This document shows, one piece after another, positions 26,655 through 39,745 of a DNA stretch of 64,000 nt. Source of the stretch: Lytechinus pictus (Eukaryota); assembly GCF_037042905.1 (NCBI RefSeq), contig NC_087252.1:4466001-4530000 (forward strand), read 5' to 3'. The position numbers were made by a program, and so were the translations under genes. The notes under the pieces were generated by a model. The model worked only from the letters and a program-made list of their open reading frames with translations. It was not told the origin of the DNA and did not search any database. How positions within the stretch are numbered: the stretch's first letter is position 1; every line of letters starts with the position of its first letter.

Positions 26655-27583
26655 CTGCAATGATACAACCAATAACATTATCATTCAAGTATGAAAGTTT
26701 CTGGAAATGAAAAATCAATTTCAGTATCACTGTAGTCCGAACATTTCGCATCACATATTATATGGCATGGATGTCAAACAAATTTTAGAAATGATCTAAT
26801 AATAAATCTAGATCATTTCGAAAATCTGTTTGACATCCATGCCATATAAAATCTAAATGATTTAATAGAAAGTTTATTCCCAACACTTTGTTTATGATGT
26901 TGCTTTACATTTTTGATAAAGAAAGGTATTAATAATCTTGAAAGTATGGTAGGAAAAGCAGTATATGATTTAATATGCATAAACTCCTAGAATATCTTAT
27001 CACTTTCAAGAACCACAGGCAGGCAAAAATTAAACAATAAAATACACCTCAGGCATGTGTTTCATAAAGCTGTTTGTACATAATACGAGCGAATTTACAA
27101 AGAAATGGTGGTCCTTCCTTGTGCCCTAAATCGCTATCAATGAAAATCATACAAATCATTTTCCGAAGTCACTTGTAAATTACCAATGAAAGGATTGTGG
27201 GTAGTTCCACGCATAAAAAAAATCATTTTTGATCGACAATAAACATATCCTATCACTCATTTCTTACATGTACCTTTGATTTTGACATTCTATTTTGCCT
27301 ACCAAGGTTTGGAAAATTAATACAATTAAGAATCATGTGAACAGACAATCATCTGTCACAATATTAAGAAGTTAACTTTAGAACAATTATGCATAGACAA
27401 GACAGATCAGAAAAAATAATGCATGAATTAAAGAATAATGTTATTTGCAATGTGTGTGTGTGTGTTTTTTTTTTTGGCTGATATAAGGTGTGTTACTCTT
27501 CCCGGCCCAATAATGGCATGTATATCTTGAAGAGAAAAAAATTAAAAGTTTGTTTAAGTGATGTCACGAAGGAGAAAACTTAC

Positions 27584-27630
27584 TCTTCTGGTACAAGGGG
27601 CTTCCTTGTTCTATGGGAAATCTTCTCTTT
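27584..27630 (-). CDS. HOATZ: HOATZ exon 5
   Basis: tttcAG ... GTAAGT; KEKISHRTRKPLVPE, resembling vertebrate KELISLPYKPK. Confidence 0.82.
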
Positions 27631-28079
27631 CTGAAAACCAAAATAAAAATCAATAGTTTGTTGATAAGTTTTCAATGTTATCATGGACTTATTCAAGCCA
27701 TGATTTCTCAAGAGCATAGAGATGTCATTAAATACTCAACCAAATCAGAGAGAGCATCATGTAGTAAAAAATTCAGTTCAATATTTATTCAATCAATCAT
27801 TCAATGAAAAAATACAAAACAGCCTTAAAATAATTTTCCATGATGGAGTACTCAGTCAAAACTTTGCTTGAACATTCCTTCAATATCTCAGAGTAGATCA
27901 TTTGACTTTATTTCAGACATTTCACTACTTTTTTTTTTTTAAACATTGATCTGTATTTATAACTCTTTAATTCACTGATCTCAAGCTTAAAATGAAAATC
28001 AGGACATAATACTACAACGACTCTGTTTTGGGTTGTTGTTTTTTTTCTGATCAACATCCTGCAATCATCCATTTCCTAC

Positions 28080-28139
28080 CTCTTTTCTTTCAGCTTGTCT
28101 TTTCTGATGAATCATTCTTGTCTCTTGCCTCTTGATAGC
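28080..28139 (-). CDS. HOATZ: HOATZ exon 4
   Basis: ttaAG ... GTAGG; AIKRQETRMIHQKRQAERKE, phase 0/0. Confidence 0.82.
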
Positions 28140-28294
28140 CTTAACAAAAAACAAGTCATAAGACAAAAGGTTACGCATAACTTGCCAGCTGGTGCAACAA
28201 ATGATTTTGGAAGAAAAATTAAGCTCATATACAAAATTAAGCTCATGTACAAAGCAAGAAGGAAATCATTATTTCATGCATATTGTTCAACATG

Positions 28295-28858
28295 CCCCCC
28301 GGGGGGACGAGTGGATACCATGCGCGACCAAAAAAACACGTAAAAAGGATGTCTTTTTCAAGATAGGGCACGTTACGTACGTAACGTAATAAGGGTGTAA
28401 AAAACACTAAAATAATGAAAAAAGGGTATCTATTTTCGCTAGGAAGCTACGTGTTTAGGGTCAAATTTGCGAGGGTATAAAAAAATAAGACTAAAATGTT
28501 TTATAAAGGATGTACTTTTTTCCCCACGAATCAACACTTCGTGTTTAGAGTACGATTTGCGCGAGGTGTGGGAGGTGGGGCTGTACTAAACCCAATGATG
28601 TAGGTAAAGGTAAAATCAACGACCGATCGACGTCTAATTGAAATATCGATGTACTTGTTTAGGGGTTCAATTCAGGGAATACTTGCCAATAGAATCGTTT
28701 TGTTTCCAATACTTGTTAAGGGTAGGGTTTTACACGCCAATACTTGTTAAGGGGTGCATTTTCAGTATATGGAAAATACGTGTTTAGGGTGCTTTTCGAG
28801 ACCCCATGGTCGCGCATGGTATCCACTCGTGAATGGAAGTGGCCCCCCCCCCCCCCCC
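28295..28858. mobile_element. Non-autonomous DNA element with C/G-run termini
   Basis: Perfect 24-bp inverted repeat ACGAGTGGATACCATGCGCGACCA at 28307-28330 / 28807-28830. Confidence 0.7.
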
Positions 28859-28919
28859 AGAATCAGATTATTCATCTGAAATAAAGAATCAAGTTCAAAC
28901 TTTTGTTTTAATCAGTCCT

Positions 28920-29091
28920 GGTGGGTGTTTCATTAAGCTGTTTGTAAAGTTACGCACAACTCTACGCAAGACTGGGACATGTTCTTAGGTCATAAATCAA
29001 TTATACAGGGATATCACATAGCACAAGAAAGGATCACCAGTCGTGCGTAAAGTCATTTGTATCTTACAAACTGCTTTATGAAACACCCACC
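28920..29091. mobile_element. Short MITE (family also at 58446-58628, about 58663-58807 and about 27052-27180)
   Basis: TIR GGTGGGTGTTTCAT / ATGAAACACCCACC; several related copies in the window. Confidence 0.7.
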
Positions 29092-29923
29092 TGCTTATTC
29101 AATAATGATAATAATGATAGGAATTTATCTAGAAATAATCTATTTGGAGGCGCACTATCATTACAATGTAGAATAAGAATTAATGGTCAATGGATTTATC
29201 AGGGCTATTAGAAAAGAGAAAAAAATGTCAAGGGAGCCAATTACTTAATGAGTGCAAATACATGTACATGAGAGAACCTGTAACACAAAGCTTCATACTC
29301 ATCATAGAAGAATATCTTTACAATTGATTGCATTGACTACAATGTACAATTCATTGTGAAAATCGAGCGTATGATCAATCGCTAACCTCTGTGTTACGGG
29401 ACCTTGATCGCCTAAACTTTTGATTTTTGTTGAGGTGGCAGCACTAATAAGGGTTCGTCTTTCTAGCTGCCTTCTCATTCTTATTAAGCACCTCTTCTTC
29501 TAATGTATTTTCCAGATTGTGATAAAGATTGCATTTTACAATTCTCCTAGCATCGTCTCTCAACTTTGAATGTACTTTTGTATTGAATGTGATCAATTTT
29601 ATCACTTCAAGGACAGCAGAAGACATATCTTACAGTTTGAAGCTTTGTCAATGACAATCTTGTTATAGTTCGGCCAATAATGATGATGATAATTAATAAT
29701 GTTAATGCTAATAATGATAATATCAAAGATAATTAGATGATGATTATGATAATGGGGAGAATGATGATCATGACAAAAACAGTGAAATTGAAAAAAATGT
29801 AAAAATAAATAAAGATTCATCATCATTAATTAAACATACTATGCTATGAAACATTTACTTATTTACAGCGCTTACTATTTTTAAGAGCTGCATACAAATA
29901 CCAAGACAATGGCTTAGTGGAAG

Positions 29924-30268
29924 TGTCGTGGACTCATGGTGTAGTGGTTCAGTCACTTGACTCTTAAACCAAGGGTCAGGGTTCAAATCCCACCCGGCAG
30001 TAATGTCCTTTGGCAAGGCACTTATCCACGTTTGTCACCTCCACCCATGTGTTAAATGGGTACCCAGTAGCATGTGAACATCAATGTGTTTAGATTGGCA
30101 TGTGTGCACCAATAAACATTTGCCTGGCCAAGATACTCCCCAGGGAATGGTGATGGTGCACTTTATGTGCTGAACAGTGATGGATCCTATGACCAGGGTA
30201 ATAATAATGTAAAGCGTTTAGAAAGTAACGTATGAAGCACTATATAAATGTAACTATTATTATTATTA
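29924..30268 (+). mobile_element. tRNA-derived SINE with CORE-like centre and L2-like (TAT)n tail
   Basis: A-box-like TGGTGTAGTGG, B-box-like GGTTCAAATCC, central GTCCTTTGGCAAGGCACTT...AAATGGGTACC, tail GCACTATATAAATGTAACTATTATTATT. Confidence 0.75.
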
Positions 30269-30383
30269 TAAACTTCACATACTGTCTCAGCTGAAAAATT
30301 GCCAAGCATGACTAAAACTTGACAGGCAGGAATACCATGACAAAACATGATCTGATAAAATGCTTCGCTTTGTAATTACTCAC

Positions 30384-30454
30384 CAGTTTTGTTAAATTTT
30401 CACTTTCTTCATAGACCATCTGTGCATGGGCTTTAGTAAGGAACGCTCTCAACT
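30384..30454 (-). CDS. HOATZ: HOATZ exon 3
   Basis: cacAG ... GTGAGT; (K)LRAFLTKAHAQMVYEESENLTKL. Confidence 0.82.
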
Positions 30455-30924
30455 CTGTGGCAGAAGAAAAAGATTGTAACTCTCACAAGGAGTTCCTTTA
30501 CAATAAAATGCTAAACCAAATAAAGGAAAAAATTAACTCAAAGGTATATTTGCAATAAGTAGTGATCAGATGTACAAGTAATTATGAGGAAAAGTGGCAA
30601 GGAAGGAAATGGGGGTGGTGGATGTGGGGCTTATCAGAGCAGCAACTGAAGTACATGTCTAAATGTCTTATTTTTTGGCAGAAAATCTAGTAAAACTAGT
30701 ATTGCTCTGAACTGTTCGAGTACATGTATATACTGGGTGATTACAAGGGTTGCAAAGCTAAATTTCCATCTACACCAATTGATGATAAATTCATTTCAAT
30801 TTAATTAGCGTGTATTTCTGAAATAATCACCATTCTTTCTTGTCTTTTTGATGATCTCAGTGTACTACAGAATTTTCTTCAAAAATCACAGGTCTTTGAA
30901 TGATTTTGTCTTTGTAAAACTTAC

Positions 30925-30963
30925 TTGGGTCATCTTGTTCTGGTGCGTGAGCATAATTTGGAT
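30925..30963 (-). CDS. HOATZ: HOATZ exon 2 (39 nt)
   Basis: ccatAG ... GTAAGT; phase 1/1; (D)PNYAHAPEQDDP. Confidence 0.72.
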
Positions 30964-31773
30964 CTATGGAAGAAAGTGATAACGAAATGTAAGATATATT
31001 GAATATGAAATTGAATAAATATTATGGAAAGAACATTGATAGTAATAAAATCAGTAGCAAAATTGACCACTTAGACATTTGAATACACAAAAAGGGATTA
31101 ACGTTAGATCGAGACTAGTGACTCGTGAGGACCTTTATTTTTCTTTTCCTTCTTAATCTAGATCTACACTGTAACTTGTAAAATTAGATTTTAATGCATT
31201 TTTTTTTTAATAGCTGTAAATCTAATTGATGTAGACTTTCTACTGCTGTTGTTTCAGCTTTAATTTGCCTCAAGCTTGGCAATTTCATTGCCACGACATT
31301 GGCATTTAATTGCAAATTTTCAAACTTTTTCATATGGCTTTGCCCTTTTCTTGGCCGAGTGTTTTCTAGTGGGCATAACGGCCTTATCGTGAAATAAGTC
31401 ACCTCTCTTCTCGTGTGTGTCGGTGTGTGTTCACTCATTGTGTGCAAACAAAGTCGATGGGAGTTAATTGAAAGAAGTCAACAGTGACAACAGTGCTGAT
31501 GAAATAAATCTAAATGGCAGCAAATGGACTGGTGTCATGACAAACAGTAACATTGACTAACCAGGTCCAGGATAATGCCGGAATAACAATTTTTTTTTTA
31601 GATTTATATAAAAAATTGACACATTTTGACAACGTATTAACTAATGTACTTTTCAAGTCACCCTCGCCTCGCCACCGTTCGTGCGTGGGCGTAGCATTTT
31701 AATTTTGTCTGAAATTACATTTGTGAATATTCACAAACACAAATATCATCGTCTGGGACTTGAGTAAATTTAC

Positions 31774-31996
31774 CTTGCAAAAATGGGCCAGCATTTGGAA
31801 GTCTCTGTCTAATGTCTCCAGATACCAGCCTTGATTCAATTGGTGGGTGAAGGGTCACAGATTGCCAAAATAACTTAGCGCATGCCTTGTCTTCATCGCT
31901 TGAACCGCTAAACTCTGTCATTTCTGGAAATTTCTCTTCTCCAGACAAATGATTCGTGTCACTGCCGCAGAAATTACCCGATATGGTGGACGCCAT
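31774..31996 (-). CDS. HOATZ: Cilia- and flagella-associated protein HOATZ (C11orf88), exon 1; six exons total 543 nt = 180 aa + stop
   Basis: AAAATGG start context. MASTISG...EFSGSSDEDKACAKLFWQSVTLHPPIESRLVSGDIRQRLP matches the HOATZ motif [30 protein letters not shown] as recalled. GTAAAT donor. Confidence 0.9.
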
Positions 31997-32231
31997 TTTT
32001 GTTGCCCTACGCGACGAGACGCCAAGCGCCAGCGACGGAGCGGCCACGGCCACCGGCACAGTACCACTGCATGCATCCAGCGTAGCGAGCTCGATCGTTC
32101 GCGATAGCCGCTTGATCCTGCATAAATTATGGCAGAAAATCCGTAAATGATCAAAAGTAAAATATATGGATCTAAATAAATGAATGAATAAATAAAAACA
32201 ACGACAAAAATATGCGTAAAGTTCTTTCAGT

Positions 32232-32650
32232 AATGATGATGATGAGGAATGATGATGATGATGATGATGGTGGTGTTGGTGGTGGTGGTGGTGGTGGTGC
32301 GGGTGCTGGTGTTGGTGGTGCTGGTGATGATGATGATGATGGTGGTGGTGCCCTGGTGGTGGTGGTGGTGCTGCTGATGATGATGATGGTGGTGGTGCAT
32401 GGTGGTGGTGCTGATGATGATAATGATAATGATGATGATGATGATAATGTTCATAATGATGATTGATGGTGATGATGGTGATGATGATGATGATGATGCT
32501 GATATGATGATGACGACGACGCTGGTGCTGGTGGTACTGGTGGTGATGATGCTATTGATGATGATGGTGGTGATGATGATGATCTTGATCATGATGATGA
32601 TGATGATGATGATGGTGGTGGTGATGATCATGATGATGATCATGTTGATG
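32232..32650. repeat. (GAT)n/(GGT)n compound microsatellite upstream of HOATZ
   Basis: Direct reading; it produces the spurious poly-D/G/M/H ORFs in the track. Confidence 0.95.
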
Positions 32651-33763
32651 GTGGGGTGGCTACTTTCGGAGCTAGCAATAGCCTCCCTAGGCGAAAAAGG
32701 GCAGCAAAATGTGGAGGGATCAAATAGAAACGAGTTGGGAGAGGGGAAAAACAAGAAAAAAGAGGGGGATTAGAAAAGGGGAAAGAAGAAACGGAAGAAC
32801 AGGGAATAAGATGAAGAAGGGGGAGAGAGAAAGAAAATCAAGGAGACGAAAAAATTAAAAAGGAGAGAAAGGGAAATAAGGAGAAAAAAGAAAAGGAGAC
32901 ATACTAGTGGAGAAAATGAGAAGAAAATAATGGCAAACAGGGCCGGGGAACCACTTTGATATAATTTTTATAGGGGGGTCAAATTAAACTCGGGGTGGGG
33001 TATGTTGGGCGCCAATTGGTCTTGATATTCGATCGAGGCATCAAATTAATATGCGAACTTCAGAAGGAGACACTAATTGAGGGGCGCCAATTTGTCTCAC
33101 TATGGCTTTACAGCAGTGGCGTACCTAGGATTTTCCACAGGGGGGGGGGCGGAAATAAAAAAAGGTCTTCACCCACAAAAAAAGGATTTCGTACCAGAAA
33201 AAAAATTTGACAAGCAAAAAAAAAAAAAAAGACTCGTCAGGATGGCAGGGATATGTCCCTTGCAAGGGTTGTGAATCGTCAGGGGGGCAGTCTGCCCCCC
33301 CCCCCCGTACAGGCCTATACGGGGTGCTAAAGTCTCTAAGCTATGATTTAATCTTTACGGGGCCCCTAGTTGGGAGCCAATTTGATCTTAAACGTAGGGG
33401 CGCCATCTTTAACCACTATAGACCACAGAGAAGGGTTAGTAACTAGGGCGATCCCATTCCGACTGACCGTCAGTCAGTCGGCTAGCCCTCAAAATGTGGC
33501 TTCTTTTATCCAAGTGATATTCATGACGAGTGTTTTTGCATTGTTGGCTTGGTGCCAACCCAAATAAAAACTAGTTTTTAGATTAAAAAGACAAATCAGA
33601 CAAATTGATAGGTGAAAGTTTGAACAATATCAGACAAACAACAAGAAAGTTATGAATTTTAAAAAGTTGTAAATATTGGTAATCACTTTACCCATGGAGA
33701 CTTCAAATTGGCTGCATATGTCATAGTGATGTAAGGCAAGGACTACTCTTCGATATGTACTCC

Positions 33764-35220
33764 CAGTGGCGTACCGTGGGTCACGGCATGGGGGGGGGGC
33801 ACCAGCAAAAATTTTGAGTCGCTCAGTGAGCGCGCAAAGCGCGCTCAATTACCAGGTATAGGCCTATTGACCTTATATAGAGACATTTTAAGGACTGTGC
33901 CATTAAACGGATATGTAATGTATCTCACTGATCAAATGATGCGAGCGCGAAGCGCGAGCTGAAAAATTTTGAAATTCATATCTAAAAAGGGTAAAAATAA
34001 GCTATTAAATAAAAATAAAAAAATACGTATCTGTCTCGCTAAACAAACAATGCAAGCGCGAAGCGCGAGCTGAAATTTTTGTATTTATTGACCCCAAACA
34101 GAGACAGTTTAAGGACTATTTTTTAGAAATCAAATAAGAGAATACATATCTCACCATACTCATCTAATTTGAGTGCCAAGCGCTTGCTGATTTTGTTAGA
34201 AAACAAGAAACACCTTTTGTAGTCGTTGTAATCATGATTAAAATACGCATCTCACTAATCAAATATTGCGAGCGCGAAGCGCGAGCTAAAAATTTAGGAA
34301 ATTCAGACCTGAAGAGAAGCATTCTAAGGCTTGTTTGTAGGAATTTACGAAGACCATACGTACTTCACGTACAAAATGATGCGAGCGCGAAGCGCGAGCT
34401 GAAAATTTTGTATATATTGACCCCAAACAGGGACATTTTAAGGACTATTTCTTTTTTTTAATCCATTAAGAGTATACATATCTCACCATATAGTCATCCA
34501 ATGCGAGTGCCAAGCGATTGCTGATTTTGTTAGAATCACATTCAAACACATGAAGAGCTTTTTGTAGTCATAGTAATCATGATTATCATACGTCGCATCT
34601 CAGTAGCGCAAAGTGCGAGCTAAAAATATAGGAAATTCAGATCTGAAGAGGGGCATTCTAAGGCTTGTTTGTAGGAATCTACTATGACCATACGTATTTC
34701 ACTAAACAAATGATGCGAGCGCGAAGCGCGAGCTGAAATCTTTTGATATTTACATTAGAAAAAGAAACATTTTAAGGACCGATTTCAGGAATTCATGAGC
34801 AGACAAATCTCATCAATCCACTAATTCGAACGTAAGCACGAACACGAACAAGGATTTTTTTTATATACAGACCTTAAAATGGGGCTATCACTTTAAGTAG
34901 TCATGAAAAGAAGCATATGTCACTACATAAAACAATAATAACTCGAAGTGCGATGATATATATTTGGTGCATATTGACTTGAAAACAGGACGTTTTGGTA
35001 CAACATGATTGTACATGTATATCTCGTTAAACAGACAATGCTAGTACCAGGAATAATGAACAAATAGGACCTGAGCACATTATGTTTCATAAAGTTATGA
35101 AAAAAAAAATTCTTATGTAATATAACACAACATATAATATAATATAACATTAAAATGTACAATAAATTCTTCTTTCCCACTACGTTTCTTTCTTCTCCCT
35201 CTTTTTCTCCCTTTTCTCCC

Positions 35221-35254
<34 letters not shown>

Positions 35255-35316
35255 CAGCCGATAGGGGGGGGCACGTGCCCCCCCATGCCCCCCCCCCCCC
35301 CGTAGTTACGCCACTG
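33764..35316. mobile_element. Non-autonomous hAT-like element carrying a GCGAAGC tandem array, inserted into a Kolobok-like MITE
   Basis: TIR CAGTGGCGTA / TACGCCACTG with GTACTCC on both flanks. The flanks 33555-33763 and 35320-35484 rejoin into the MITE family seen intact at 50453-51054. Confidence 0.75.
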
Positions 35317-35757
35317 TCAGTACTCCAATACATGAAATGGCTAAAATGTATTTTTTTTCAAAAGGTTTACTTCAAATTGTATTTTTTCATGAGGACATAA
35401 AACAATATATTACCGTATATTTAGATTACTGCCCCAATTAAGGGAATGGGTACGTAGGAGAAAACCACTACAAATCCCTGATGATTAAAAGGTCAAGTCC
35501 ACCCAAGAAAAAATGTTGATTTGAATAAATAGAGAAAAAGCATAACGCTGAAAATTTTATCAAATCGGATGTAAAATAAACAAATGATGACATTTTAAAA
35601 TTTCGCTTACTTTTCACAAAACAGTGATATGCACAACTCAGTGACATGCAAATGAGACAGACAATAATGTCCCTCTTTCACTATTTCTATTGTTTTACAT
35701 TGTTTAAATTATACAATATACAGATTTGACAATAAGGACCTGCTTGACTGAACCATA

Positions 35758-35924
35758 CAGGGACCGCGGAACCGGGGGGGGGGGCTGGGGGGGGGGCTTC
35801 AGCCTCCCCCCCCCCCACTATTTTCCAAAACCGTGTACAAAAATGTAAAAATGACCATATGATTGTGATTTTTTGCATGGTCAGCCCCCCCCCCCCCACT
35901 TTGAAAACCGTACCGCGGCACCTG
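35758..35924. mobile_element. Small TIR element nested in a Kolobok-like MITE fragment
   Basis: CAGGGACCGCGGAAC ... GTACCGCGGCACCTG flanked by a CCATA duplication. The host matches the 51097-51686 family. Confidence 0.65.
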
Positions 35925-36177
35925 CCATAGTATTAAGCAATGCTAATTCCACATGTTCCAGGAGGAATTAATTTTGACTTAACGTCAGATCACACGTACG
36001 GATCATGTTATGATTTAAAACAAGCTTAAACTTCACTTTCTCTGATCTGAGCAATTTTCATCACGCACTTCGTGCTCTATGAATTATTATTATCATTATC
36101 ATTAATATTTTTATTATAATTATCATCATTATTGTTATCATCATCATCATCAATCATCATCAATCATCCATCATCAT

Positions 36178-38098
36178 CATGGGCGGATCAAGCTCCCATA
36201 AGGCATGATAGGGGGGGCGAATTTTTTTAACCCATATTCTTCCCGATCGGCCGCTAAAAGTTGATTTTTGTTTGTTTCTGTGAATGGGTTGTCCCGGTGG
36301 CGTAATGAGCCAAAAATGGGGAGTGGGCTCGATACGGCGTATCGCGTAAAATTATTAAGAAGTTGCGAGCGAGCAAAAACTTTGACATTTTTATTACAAA
36401 AATCAAAGTTTGTGATAAATTTTGACATAACATTAGCAAAATAATAGGCCTATATTTTACCCTTTTATCCCTTTCCTTTTCTCTTATTATTATTTTTTTT
36501 TTGGGGGGGGGGGCAAAACGCCGTTGTCTTAACAGTTATTTCTTAGCTTTATTCTTATAAAACAGTGTAATAATCTCATTAGCCCTATTTAAATAGTGCG
36601 AGCTGAAATTTTTTGGAATTTCATGTATTTGGTCCTGAAAATTGAATATTCTGGGCAATGTTTGTGAACCTGTAACTAGATAATAACTGCGAGCGCGAAG
36701 CGCGAGCAGGACATTTTAAAATGGGTTCTGGCTTGATCTGAAAGGGACCTATTAAGGACGTTTTGCAGTCAGCCATGAAGACGATACATATTTCAACTAT
36801 TGAATAATGCCAGCGCGAAGCGCGAGCTGAATTTTTTTTGACATTCCGACCTAAAAAATTGACATTCTAAGCACTTTTTGTAATCATTAACGGTATAGAT
36901 ATAAAACCAAAGAATTGATGCGAGCACGAAGCGCGAACAGAAAAAGAAATGAGATTTCAGACTTAAGAATGGGACACTCTATTCATGTTTTGTAAATCAT
37001 GAAAAAGGATGGGTAATTTGGTATCTTTCTACATTAATATTGCGAGCGCAAAGCGCAAGCAGAAAATTTTTGATATTCTGATCTGAAACTTTGATAATTT
37101 TAGAGTACATGTAACTTAATTTTAGATAATTATAATTTTAATCTAAAGCACTGTGTAGGGGAATTGTGAAGAGGATGTGGGTAGCACTTAATAAATGATG
37201 CGAGTGCGAAGCGCAAGCTGATATTATTATTTTGACCTATATAGGACCTGGACATTCAAGGCCTAAGGACATTTTGTCATCATAATATGATGACTATCTT
37301 CCTATTCCTCTTCCTAAGCGCGATATGAAACTTGTCGATATTCCTTTCTAAAAAGGGACAATTTAGTTATTAGGAATTCATGAAAATTTTATTATCATAT
37401 TTATTAATGTAATAAGCCTAATGAGTGAGTGAAATCTGTTGACATTTAGGCTTGAAAACTGGATATTTCAAGCACTTTTGTAATCATGAATAGGGCTCTT
37501 AAGAATTGTTATATTTTCAACAATAATGCTATAGCGCAAATCGCGAGACGAAATTTTTGATAAACTGTCATAAAAGGGGGATTTTAAGTAGTCTGTTACA
37601 GAATTGAGAATCTTATGGAATAAACAAAGACAATATGTAAGCCTACTTGGCAAATCAAATAATGCGAGTGCACAATATAAAAAGCTGCAAATTATATTCA
37701 CACAATAAAACGGACATTTTAAAAAGCACTTAAAAAATCAATTAGTAAATCAAACAAAATAATGAAAGCTCGATGTCCGAGCTGGAATTGTATATTGACT
37801 TCAAAACTTGATATTTTAAGCTACATATCAGCCTATTGAGCAAGACATGTATTTCATCGAACAGGCTATGCGAGCGCGAAGCACGAGCAAAAATTTGATA
37901 TAGTGACATGATATATATTTTTTAATAATTTTCCAAGTCTTCCTCTGACCTTATTTTATTCACTCGTCTCCCTATTATTTTCTTCCTTTCTTTCCCCTAC
38001 TTTTTCTTTATTTTCTTTCGTTCCCCCTTTTTTTCATGTTTTGCTCCGCCAATAGGGGGGGGGGGCGAGCCCCTCGGGCTCCCCTGGATCCGCCTATG
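36178..38098. mobile_element. Non-autonomous hAT-like element (1.9 kb) with internal GCGAAGC tandem array
   Basis: Ends CATGGGCGGATC / GATCCGCCTATG, with the 8-bp ATCATCAT on both sides (inside a CAT microsatellite). Confidence 0.7.
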
Positions 38099-38635
38099 AT
38101 CATCATTACCATCATCATCCCCATGCACCAAAAGTCATAGTGTTTTTGTTTAACTTTTATTTATTTATTTATTTAGATATATTTATTTATTTATCTATTC
38201 ATTTATTTATTATTATATTTTTTTTTTTCATTAGTAGAATCATTTTTGTGGGGAGGGGCCACATTTTTAATGTAAAATGAAATTGAAGACCTTTTTTTTT
38301 TTTTTTTTTTGCTTGTCAAATTTTTCTGGTACGAAATATCCTTTATTTGTGGTTGAAAACCTTGTTTTGGAGGGCTTGTCAAAAATTTCCTCCGAAAAAT
38401 TTGCCCCCCTTGGAAAATCCTGGATCCGCCCCTGAATCAAGGGGGAATCACTCTAATCACCACCCCCCCCCCCCCCCCCCCCCCCCATCCGAGTGAAGAT
38501 AGCTAGATCATGTGACATGCTAGAGTCAGGTGACCCCGGTCAGATATACGTCATTCTTCGACTTCGAGATTGTAAATGGGAGTCGGAAATTGAAAACAAA
38601 TCTCACATAATTTCAGTTTTATAGTTATTACTAAA

Positions 38636-38671
38636 ATGGTTAGCTTGGACCATGACAGTACAAGGCAAGGG
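38636..38671 (+). CDS. TMEM192: Transmembrane protein 192, exon 1; six exons total 849 nt = 282 aa + stop
   Basis: AAAATGG context; MVSLDHDSTRQG followed by GTGAGT; in frame with exon 2. Confidence 0.75.
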
Positions 38672-39489
38672 GTGAGTGTGTACAGAGAAACAATTTTTCA
38701 TGCTGTTAATTGCATGAATCGATGAACTCAGTCTTTACTAGCCTAGAATTCGAAGCCTGCAAAAATGTTTTGGTCATGTGCCCCGCACGTCCATTTTTAT
38801 GTATCCTTATTTTGTGTACGAAGGGGCGGCATGTCGGCGCACCTGAAAAACGCTAAAGATTTAACTGGCGATTAAACATGAATTCCTCTTTAGTCCACAA
38901 AAAAATCACGTGATAATGTTCCTTATATTCTTATGAGTAAATGTGCCAAAAATCTCATTGAAAATGAGAGAAATAGGCCTGCACTGTATGATTTTCTTGG
39001 AAAAAACCTTGGCCAGTCATTTCAGATAACAGAAAATGTTGCCTCATCAATGTCTGCGCACCCATTCACTTTACACTATGCAGACATGGCCATTGGGGAC
39101 CTTACCATATATGAAGTTTTACCATATTAATCATAAAAGAGGGCCTTCTACAAGTTCTATGCATTTAACTTGGCTTTACCTTTAAAAAATCAGTTTTGGT
39201 TCTTAATTTTCAAGTGATTTACCTTTGCAAAACCACTCGCACTACATTATTACATACTAACAAACTAACGATCTCGAATGTTGCAAAATGGAATTCTTGT
39301 AATTATTTTTGGCTTTCTGTGACATGCATGAATTTTGTATGGCTATGTGTAATGTGAAAAACAGGATTTCTATTTTCCTTTTCTATGTAATAGAAGATTT
39401 TGAAACAGAATTACAGGTTTTCAGAAACAGAACAGACCATTTTTTTAATGACGGATCCATTCAATTCATGTTTGAACTGTTATATATCC

Positions 39490-39745
39490 GGTGTGTTGGC
39501 TCAGTTGGTAGAGCGTCAGTCTCACAACCGGGAGGTCGGGGGTTCAAACCCTGGCTGTGTCAGACCAAAAGACGTTAAAAGATGGGAGTTGCTGCTACCC
39601 TGCTTGGCGTTCAACGATAGAGCCTCGTCGATTTGGCGCTGCACAGCGACTGCATGCTGGGCCCACGATCAATTGGGCAAAGCAAATATTAGGAGTATTT
39701 CATTTCATGTCTATTTCGAATGATAAAATATGGATTTTCATTTTC
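39490..39745 (+). mobile_element. tRNA-derived SINE abutting the TMEM192 exon 2 acceptor
   Basis: A-box TGGCTCAGTTGG, B-box GGTTCAAACCC, (TTTTCA)n tail; ATATCC duplicated at 39484-39489 and 39746-39751. Confidence 0.8.

Noticed and set aside
32001..32015. RFX X-box just upstream of the HOATZ ATG (GTTGCCCTACGCGAC)
   Set aside because: Only one good half-site and non-canonical spacing; too weak to call.
39490..39562. tRNA gene
   Set aside because: It has A and B boxes but no proper acceptor stem, and continues into a SINE body and tail. The same applies to 29924-30000.
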